64,000 nt of DNA from the IMG/VR virus record IMGVR_UViG_3300000970_000001, positions 1 to 64,000 of that record. One strand, 5' to 3'. The translations under genes were made by a program, and so were the position numbers. This document shows, piece after piece, positions 35,371-41,926 of the stretch. This stretch comes from a virus. Position 1 is the first letter of the stretch, and every line of letters starts with the position of its first letter. The notes beneath the pieces are model-generated. The model was not told the origin of the DNA and ran no database searches. It worked only from the letters and a program-made list of their open reading frames with translations.

Positions 35371-35410
35371 TAATACAAAAAGCCCCTCTATCTTGCGATT
35401 AGGGGCTTTT
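35371..35410 (-). terminator. intrinsic terminator C, abutting the first tRNA of the island
   Basis: Minus-strand RNA AAAAGCCCCU A AUC GCAA GAU AG AGGGGCUUUU UGUAUU, a 7-bp GC stem plus an inner GNRA-capped stem. Confidence 0.75.
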
Positions 35411-35439
35411 AAATTCTTTTGAACTTACTTAGACATACC

Positions 35440-35496
35440 TCAACGCTGTTCTCCTAAAGGGAGCAATTGTTGCAGTTGTGGTAACCAGTTGTTCAT
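35440..35496 (-). CDS. leader peptide ORF C (MNNWLPQLQQLLPLGEQR), putative attenuator leader
   Basis: 18 codons, starting 14 nt after the stop of the 105-aa gene. Residues 4-14 (WLPQLQQLLPL) use only Trp, Leu, Pro and Gln, exactly the specificities of the five tRNAs that follow. Confidence 0.6.
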   Translation of the reverse strand: MNNWLPQLQQLLPLGEQR

Positions 35497-35510
35497 AGTG
35501 TTAATATAGT

Positions 35511-35828
35511 CTATTCTTTGTTGTTTGTCAAATTTAAAAATTCTTCAGGAGTCATTTCAGTAGCAAGAAACTTATTTTCCTTGGTTATATACTGAACAGG
35601 TTCGATTATCTGACTGTCTATGTCAAGATATGCAACGTACCTTAGTATCTTATCCTCATCATTGACAGTTGGTGATTCTATTAAAGCTTTACATGGTGAA
35701 AACAACCAGTATCCATTATCTCCATATTTAGAAGAAAACACATACGTGAAGTCTTCATTAGGTATAATATGAAGAATCTTTACTGATTCATAAGATTCTT
35801 CTGATCCAAGTATAAATTTTTTAGTCAT
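35511..35828 (-). CDS. hypothetical protein
   Basis: 105-aa ORF with RBS AGAGGA. It lies downstream of the tRNA-like RNA and upstream of leader C. Confidence 0.55.
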   Translation of the reverse strand: MTKKFILGSEESYESVKILHIIPNEDFTYVFSSKYGDNGYWLFSPCKALIESPTVNDEDKILRYVAYLDIDSQIIEPVQYITKENKFLATEMTPEEFLNLTNNKE

Positions 35829-35878
35829 AGTTAGTCCTCTGTGGTTTAAGAGTTAAAAGTTAAAGTTACTCAGTAAAT

Positions 35879-35940
35879 TGGTGGAGCCGCTCGGTATTGC
35901 ACCGAGGTCCAGACTAAGCTGTCGATCCTATTTCGGCCCC
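35879..35940 (-). ncRNA. 62-nt tmRNA tRNA-like-domain (TLD)-like RNA lacking an mRNA-like domain
   Basis: Sequence: GGGGCCG AAAUA GGAUCGAC AGCUUAGUCU GGAC CUCGG UGCAAUA CCGAG CGGCUCC ACCA. It has a 7-bp acceptor stem with G3-U70, a T-arm, A73 and encoded CCA. GGAUCGAC and GGAC match tmRNA 5'/3' end motifs (E. coli GGAUUCGAC ... GGAC). Confidence 0.55.
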
Positions 35941-36084
35941 GAATAAGTGAAGAGGGAGAGGTTGGGATACTACTCTCATAGACCATGACCAAATACCTTT
36001 TGATTTACTGATCTAACCTATCGTTACTCTCATGTAGAGTAGCAGTGTCCCGCCCGATAGTACCTTATAACCTTTGGTAAGCTA

Positions 36085-36321
36085 TTATTCAGCCACCTCT
36101 TCATCTGGTATGCCTACCAGATATTCTAATAATTCTCTTGCTTTAAACTCATAAATGTCATACAGGCCATACTCTCGTATTTTTAAACCTGTTACTGATC
36201 CTATTTGAGTTGCGATTACATTAGCATATACTCTTGGGTATCGCAACTCAATAATAGGATTTTTTGGATTAATTTTAATCGCTTCCTGACATGTTTCTTT
36301 TAACCCTCGCAAGCGATACAT
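36085..36321 (-). CDS. hypothetical protein
   Basis: 78-aa ORF overlapping the nrdA 3' end by 22 nt. Confidence 0.45.
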   Translation of the reverse strand: MYRLRGLKETCQEAIKINPKNPIIELRYPRVYANVIATQIGSVTGLKIREYGLYDIYEFKARELLEYLVGIPDEEVAE

Positions 36322-37973
36322 CCTTCGTTCTTAGCACGTTCACGCATAAACGCTTGAGCCTCACTTAAGGAGTACTGGTAGTAAAGGGTTTTAAGACCTA
36401 GTTCCCAAGCTGTAAAGTATAGTCTATTGATCTCTCGCGTTGGCATTTGAGGGTCAACCATAATATTAATTGATTGACCTTGGTCAATATAGGGCTGACG
36501 TACTGCTGCCTGATTCAAAATTGCTTCAGGATCAATCTCATATATAGTTTTAAATACTTGTTTTTCTTGATCTGTAAGGAAGTCAAGATGTTGTACTGAA
36601 CCGTCTTGTGCTCTGATTGATAACCATACTTCTTTAGTATTCTGGTTATGACGTTCAAGCACTGGTACAAGATAAGGATTCTTCCAAGTCATTTTATCTT
36701 TGGCACAGTCCTTAACATAGTAATTAGAAAACTCTGGTTCAATTGACATTGATACCTGTCCTAAAATGTATGAAGACGACTTAGTTGGAGCCACCGCTAA
36801 TAAAGTGGTGTTTCTACGACCTTTACCTTTTAGTAACTTAGGTTCACCGAATATTTCTGCAAGTTTTCCACTTGCCTTATATGCATCGTTGTTAATCTTT
36901 TTAAAGATTTCTAAGTTTAACTTAGCAGCTTCTCTACTCTCAAATGGTATTTCATTTTTAAGAAGGTAGGCATGCCATCCAAGTACACCTACTCCAAGTG
37001 CTCTGTGTTCTTTAGCAAACTTACGTACACGTCTCATGAGGTACTGAATTTCCTCATTCATTTCGTCAATTCTCTCTAAGAACTCTGTCACAACTGAGTC
37101 TAAGAACATAGTGAGAACTTCGACAGCATCTGTGTTTTTCCATTCATCATACTCCGAGATATTCATTGAGGATAAAACACACACAAAAGATTCATCGGGC
37201 GAGGATGGTAACGCGATTTCCGTACACATATTTGATGCGTTAATTTTCATGTTATTTTCTTTATAAACATCTACAGTATCTCGGTTCACTGTATCAGTAA
37301 AGAAGATGTACGGTACACCTTTCTCTGATCGGACGCGTAGAACTTCTGCCCAACGGTCCTGTGCTTCTTCATCACCATCACGAACTCTGTTCATGAAGTC
37401 ATCTGATACACAAACACCGTGTTTAGTGTTTTGAATTGTGTGTTCTTCTGTTCCGATTTTAACGAAGTCATAAAAATCTCCGTGATCTATATCTATGTAA
37501 GGAGAGAATTGACCTCGTCTTACTGATCCTTGAGACACTACGTTAGCCACTTTGTCAAACATACCCATAAAGTGTACGGCTCCAAATGACTCCCCATTAT
37601 TGGAAATCGCTGCACCACGAGGGCGTAACTTACCAAAGTAACCTGATGTACCGCCGCCAAACTTAGACAACATTCCTACTTCAGCAGCCGTAAACAAAAT
37701 GTTTTCCATGTTGTCACTAATGTCTGAGTTAAAGCAGGACACTGGTAAACCTCTTGTGGTTGCATAATTTGACCACACAGGAGAGGACAATGAGTAAAAC
37801 CCACGCGACATGTAGTCGTAGAATTTATCTCCTATACCTTCGATACCATTGATCCCTTGAAATCTATCAGCAATCACTCGAACACGCTCGGGCACGGTCT
37901 GGCCCTCAGCTAGATAATCTCTTTGAATAAATTTTTGTGAGTGTTCGTTCACCCAATTAAAGTTTGTATACAT
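36300..37973 (-). CDS. nrdA: ribonucleotide reductase large subunit, class I, without an ATP-cone
   Basis: 557 aa with GGGTSGYFGKLRPRGA, the active-site NMCTEIALPS and a C-terminal CIACEG Cys pair. Its start abuts the nrdB stop. Confidence 0.9.
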   Translation of the reverse strand: MYTNFNWVNEHSQKFIQRDYLAEGQTVPERVRVIADRFQGINGIEGIGDKFYDYMSRGFYSLSSPVWSNYATTRGLPVSCFNSDISDNMENILFTAAEVGMLSKFGGGTSGYFGKLRPRGAAISNNGESFGAVHFMGMFDKVANVVSQGSVRRGQFSPYIDIDHGDFYDFVKIGTEEHTIQNTKHGVCVSDDFMNRVRDGDEEAQDRWAEVLRVRSEKGVPYIFFTDTVNRDTVDVYKENNMKINASNMCTEIALPSSPDESFVCVLSSMNISEYDEWKNTDAVEVLTMFLDSVVTEFLERIDEMNEEIQYLMRRVRKFAKEHRALGVGVLGWHAYLLKNEIPFESREAAKLNLEIFKKINNDAYKASGKLAEIFGEPKLLKGKGRRNTTLLAVAPTKSSSYILGQVSMSIEPEFSNYYVKDCAKDKMTWKNPYLVPVLERHNQNTKEVWLSIRAQDGSVQHLDFLTDQEKQVFKTIYEIDPEAILNQAAVRQPYIDQGQSINIMVDPQMPTREINRLYFTAWELGLKTLYYQYSLSEAQAFMRERAKNEGCIACEG

Positions 37974-39224
37974 TTAAAATAAGTCCTTTGCTGTAAATGA
38001 TTTGTTGCCTTGAGCATATTTAGTATCGTCTGTATGGAAAAAGTCAATAAGTTTACTGGCTATAAGTTCATCTTCAAACCACTCTACCTCATCTGTGACA
38101 TTTTCATCACACTCAAAGATAGGATCAACACCAATTCTAACTAGTGAGTTGTTTGTACGGTATTTTATGTACTCTTTAACTGTTGCCTTAGGCATAAAAT
38201 CAAGATCACCAGTTTCAAAAATCCAATCAACTACTTCCATTTCAGCTTCAACAGCTTCTTGACTAATATCCTTAATATACTCAATTAAGTCTTCATCAAA
38301 CCAAGTAGGGTTTTCTTTCTTGATAGTTTTTATAAGTTCAAAACCAAACTCTGCGTGAATAATCTCTTCTTTGCTAGTAGCTTCCACGGCATTAGAAATA
38401 CCCTTTAACTTACCAAGGTGTTTTCGGTAAGACATGAGAATAAGAAATTGTGAAAACAATGATACGTTTTCAACAAATATAGAGAACAAAATGATTGCTT
38501 CAAAGAAATCTCTGTTATCTGTTGCTCTCATGTTAGCGTTAACTTTATCAAGATATTTAATTCTCTTCGCCATACATGGTACATCAGCCAAAGACTTAAA
38601 CTGACCATGGAAGCCAAGCAGTTTTATAAGTTCTTTATAAGCATCTTCATGTCTGACTTCGGAATCAGCAAATGTAAATCCAACAGCAGCCACTTCGGGC
38701 TTGGGCATCTTAGTGTGAATCGTGCCCCAAAATACTTTAACTGCTACTTCGATTTGAGAGATAGCCAACATGGCTTTAGTGGCTACAGCAACCTGTTCAG
38801 GTGTCATAGTTACTTTCATGTCTTGAATATCTGACTCATAGTTGAGGTGTTTAAATGTCCAAAAGGACTTATGCACTGCTTCCTTATAGGGTGCAAACTG
38901 TGGGTACTCTGAAGGTTCTACCTCTACTCTCTTACGAAAGATATCTGGTTTGTTTGCATCGCGGTAAGTAATATATGATCTGGCAACATCGTGTAGTTTT
39001 GCGTCCATCAAAGAGTTCTCTACCAAGATGTGAATTTGATCCACATGTGGTGTGTCATTCTCCCAAGATTTTAACTTCCTCAAAACTTTTCTTGTTATCT
39101 TTTCTGCTACTAACTCGTCTGGGCTATCACCCATTGACTTAATGATTGCTTCAGTGATTTTCTTTGCATCAAACACGACAATAGACCTGTCCCGCTTGAT
39201 AACATGTACGATGTTACCAGACAT
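37974..39224 (-). CDS. nrdB: ribonucleotide reductase small subunit with an N-terminal ATP-cone
   Basis: Di-iron ligand motifs SEVRHEDAY and EEIIHAEFG. The N-terminal ~90 aa (VIKRDRSIVVFDAKKITEAI...ARSYITYRD) is an ATP-cone. The track start GTG 39266 was replaced by ATG 39224. Confidence 0.85.
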   Translation of the reverse strand: MSGNIVHVIKRDRSIVVFDAKKITEAIIKSMGDSPDELVAEKITRKVLRKLKSWENDTPHVDQIHILVENSLMDAKLHDVARSYITYRDANKPDIFRKRVEVEPSEYPQFAPYKEAVHKSFWTFKHLNYESDIQDMKVTMTPEQVAVATKAMLAISQIEVAVKVFWGTIHTKMPKPEVAAVGFTFADSEVRHEDAYKELIKLLGFHGQFKSLADVPCMAKRIKYLDKVNANMRATDNRDFFEAIILFSIFVENVSLFSQFLILMSYRKHLGKLKGISNAVEATSKEEIIHAEFGFELIKTIKKENPTWFDEDLIEYIKDISQEAVEAEMEVVDWIFETGDLDFMPKATVKEYIKYRTNNSLVRIGVDPIFECDENVTDEVEWFEDELIASKLIDFFHTDDTKYAQGNKSFTAKDLF

Positions 39225-39276
39225 ATATTTGCTTTCTTTAGATTGATTTGGATTAATTAGTATCACATATTAGATA

Positions 39277-39849
39277 CTAACCTGCAAGAACTTTTTGCTC
39301 TTCGTCTAAGTCACGATTCAACGCATTGTCTTTACTGAATTTATCAGGGAAACGCTTTTGTAACTTGGCAATATTCTTAGCAGCAACGTCCTCAAAACTA
39401 ACGTCTACTTCACGTAGCAACATGGCTAGATACCACATAATGTCTCCTGCCTCTTCCGCAAGATTCACCTTGTTTACTTCACGACCTTCAAGAGAGGCAT
39501 TAAAGTATTCCTCGAACAATTCACCAGACTCACTGGCAATTCCTAGTGCAGCGTGAATAAGGTTAGGACTGACATTCAGTACGTTATATTCTTCACCTGC
39601 TTCTTCTGCTTTCTGAGCCGCTTCTTGTAGTGCTACAGAGTTCTTGGCGATACGATCACGTTGCACATCAGTACGAGCATTCAAATCGTCTGAGTAATAC
39701 AAGCTACGTTTCATAGCGTCTGCCATTGCTCCAAACATATCCAATGCAATTAGCTCGTTCATAAACACAAAGTCTGATGAGAAGTCTTTGCGATCAAATC
39801 CTTCTGCTGCTGTACGTGCTGATAGTTCTTTATATTCTTTCATTTCCAT
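39277..39849 (-). CDS. MazG-like nucleoside triphosphate pyrophosphohydrolase
   Basis: Carries ASESGELFEEY...EEAGDIMWYLAML, the EExGE / ExxD motif pair. Confidence 0.75.
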   Translation of the reverse strand: MEMKEYKELSARTAAEGFDRKDFSSDFVFMNELIALDMFGAMADAMKRSLYYSDDLNARTDVQRDRIAKNSVALQEAAQKAEEAGEEYNVLNVSPNLIHAALGIASESGELFEEYFNASLEGREVNKVNLAEEAGDIMWYLAMLLREVDVSFEDVAAKNIAKLQKRFPDKFSKDNALNRDLDEEQKVLAG

Positions 39850-40421
39850 TATACAAATCCTTTTTGTTTTAAATAATATTCAACTTCTTCTACGGCATCA
39901 ATTACTGAGCCGTTATTATTTACTGTAATAGTGTTTACACCATGCTGTGTCAAGTCAATATAATTGCGACTGTCTCCTTCAAAGGTACAACCGTCTCTAT
40001 TAATTTTCACTAGAATTATATTCTCAGCACCGAACTCATTGATTAATACTTCTGCTTCTTTGGTAAAGCCAGAGTCAGAGACTAAGATTAAGGATGCTAT
40101 CTTGTTATAAATAGCTTTTACTGCTAGGTGTCCAAAGACATCCTCACCATGTGTTGGTTTAAGAAATAATTCTGAGAAATTAATCTGAACTTGGCGACAA
40201 GTTTCACCAAAGAAAGCATCGTTAGGTTCTTCCTTAGTGGCTTGTGATCCGTCAATTTCATTCCATTCTTCTAAGGTTAAACCATAGATAGCACGACAGT
40301 TTTTCTTAATTGGTCCTGCGAACTTAACAATCGCCGATTGATGTCGGTCATAAAGACCTGCTGCAAGGGTGTCTTTACCTGCCCCTGGTGGTCCGTTAAA
40401 TAGTACAATCTTTTTACTCAT
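39849..40421 (-). CDS. P-loop kinase, probable deoxynucleoside monophosphate kinase
   Basis: Carries LFNGPPGAGKDT, has a ~190 aa size, and sits among nucleotide metabolism genes. Confidence 0.55.
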   Translation of the reverse strand: MSKKIVLFNGPPGAGKDTLAAGLYDRHQSAIVKFAGPIKKNCRAIYGLTLEEWNEIDGSQATKEEPNDAFFGETCRQVQINFSELFLKPTHGEDVFGHLAVKAIYNKIASLILVSDSGFTKEAEVLINEFGAENIILVKINRDGCTFEGDSRNYIDLTQHGVNTITVNNNGSVIDAVEEVEYYLKQKGFV

Positions 40422-40645
40422 TTTAATACTCCCTTTACGTGTAAATAGTTAAATAATCTTCTCATGTAATAGCTTCTTATCATACTCACAACTGTAAATA
40501 TAGAGGTGATAAGAATATTATCTGTCATACTAGTATCAATTTCCATGACCCAACTGACCACAGTCCAAGTTAAGAGGGCGATTAAGTAACCAAAAACTTG
40601 GTTACAAACTACCTCTACTCGACTAGCTTTTTTGCTCTGACTCAT
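40418..40645 (-). CDS. small membrane protein
   Basis: 75 aa with two hydrophobic helices and 4-nt overlaps with both neighbours. Confidence 0.5.
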   Translation of the reverse strand: MSQSKKASRVEVVCNQVFGYLIALLTWTVVSWVMEIDTSMTDNILITSIFTVVSMIRSYYMRRLFNYLHVKGVLK

Positions 40646-41553
40646 ATTGCTATCGGAGCTTTAATGGCTGCGTGTGACTCGTAGTCTTCGACTCTGATAT
40701 CATCAATAGTAAAGTCATTGATATCGTCAATGTCTGGATTCAACCACAGAGTGGGAGCATCATAAGGATCACGTTCCATTTGTTCTTCTACTTGATCAAA
40801 ATGGTTGTTGTAAACATGAAGATCACCGTAGGTATGTGTAAACACACCTGCCTGTAATCCTGTTACCTGTGCTACCATCTCTAAGAGAATAGCATAGGAA
40901 GCAATGTTAAATGGTACACCAAGGAATAGATCACAACTACGTTGGTACAGTTGTAGGTTAAGAACACCGTTGGTTACGTTGAACTGAAACAGACAGTGGC
41001 AGGGTGGTAGACCCATGTGGGGAATCTCTGGTGGATTCCACGCTGTGACAATTAAACGGCGACAATTAGGATTAGTTTTGATCCGTTCAATTACTTCACC
41101 CAGTTGATCTATACTTGTGTTTTTTAATGTTAAATCACCTTTTTCAGTATCAACATCTATATAGTCCTCTCCTCCCCACGCTCTCCACTGTGAACCGTAC
41201 ACTGGTCCCAAATCTAGATCAGGGTGACGAGGGTTTTCTGAGAAACATTTCATCACGTCATCTAACCCACCACGTTTAAACGCAGGTGTCCACTGATCCC
41301 AAATATGTACGTTGTTCTCAAGAAGATAACCGATGTTAGTCTCGCCCTTGATGAACCATAGTAGCTCATGTGTGATAGCTTTAGTTGCCATTTTCTTGGT
41401 GGTAAGTAGAGGGAAGCCCTCACGGAGATCGAACTTGGCTTGCTCCCCGAACACACTACGTGTTCCTGTACCTGTTCGATCTCCCTTATCGTCACCTTCA
41501 TTCATAACTGTCATCAATAGTCGAAAGTATTCTTCATCAAAGTTATTAGTCAT
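40642..41553 (-). CDS. thyA: thymidylate synthase
   Basis: Carries DRTGTGTRSVFG, LPPCHCLFQF and DLFLGVPFNIASY. Confidence 0.95.
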   Translation of the reverse strand: MTNNFDEEYFRLLMTVMNEGDDKGDRTGTGTRSVFGEQAKFDLREGFPLLTTKKMATKAITHELLWFIKGETNIGYLLENNVHIWDQWTPAFKRGGLDDVMKCFSENPRHPDLDLGPVYGSQWRAWGGEDYIDVDTEKGDLTLKNTSIDQLGEVIERIKTNPNCRRLIVTAWNPPEIPHMGLPPCHCLFQFNVTNGVLNLQLYQRSCDLFLGVPFNIASYAILLEMVAQVTGLQAGVFTHTYGDLHVYNNHFDQVEEQMERDPYDAPTLWLNPDIDDINDFTIDDIRVEDYESHAAIKAPIAI

Positions 41554-41926
41554 TCTCTTGCTCCAATTCTGTAAAGTAGGGTTTATTATTCATTTTTACG
41601 ACCTTACGAGGAATAGCATATAGTATCAAGTAGAGTCCATCTCTGCCTGTACACATTTCTATTTTACCATCATCAAAATCCTGTCTGGCTTTCTTAATCT
41701 TAGGATCAGTGTTGTCCCACTCCTGATGTGTACGTGTTTTAGCAATCATATACTTTTTTAAATCATTACGACCATCACCTGATGGTGTAAAGTTAAACTT
41801 TTTATTTAGACGTATATCAATCTTGCGAATTTCTTCAGCTTTAATGTGAGTATCTTTGGCAACTTGATTGTAATCCCCTCTATGCTCTTCTAATAAAGCC
41901 ATTACTCTTTGTTCTAGTGGTGTCAT
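41546..41926 (-). CDS. hypothetical protein
   Basis: 126-aa ORF, co-oriented with overlapping stops and starts. Confidence 0.5.
   Translation of the reverse strand: MTPLEQRVMALLEEHRGDYNQVAKDTHIKAEEIRKIDIRLNKKFNFTPSGDGRNDLKKYMIAKTRTHQEWDNTDPKIKKARQDFDDGKIEMCTGRDGLYLILYAIPRKVVKMNNKPYFTELEQEND

Noticed and set aside
35829-36084. Full-length or circularly permuted two-piece tmRNA
   Set aside because: The acceptor 5' strand lies only about 50 nt upstream of the 3' strand, in standard order. No tag reading frame ending in a hydrophobic Ala-Ala motif exists, and no P2 strands or pseudoknots lie between them. After the CCA the next gene's RBS follows directly. Only a TLD-only RNA is supported.
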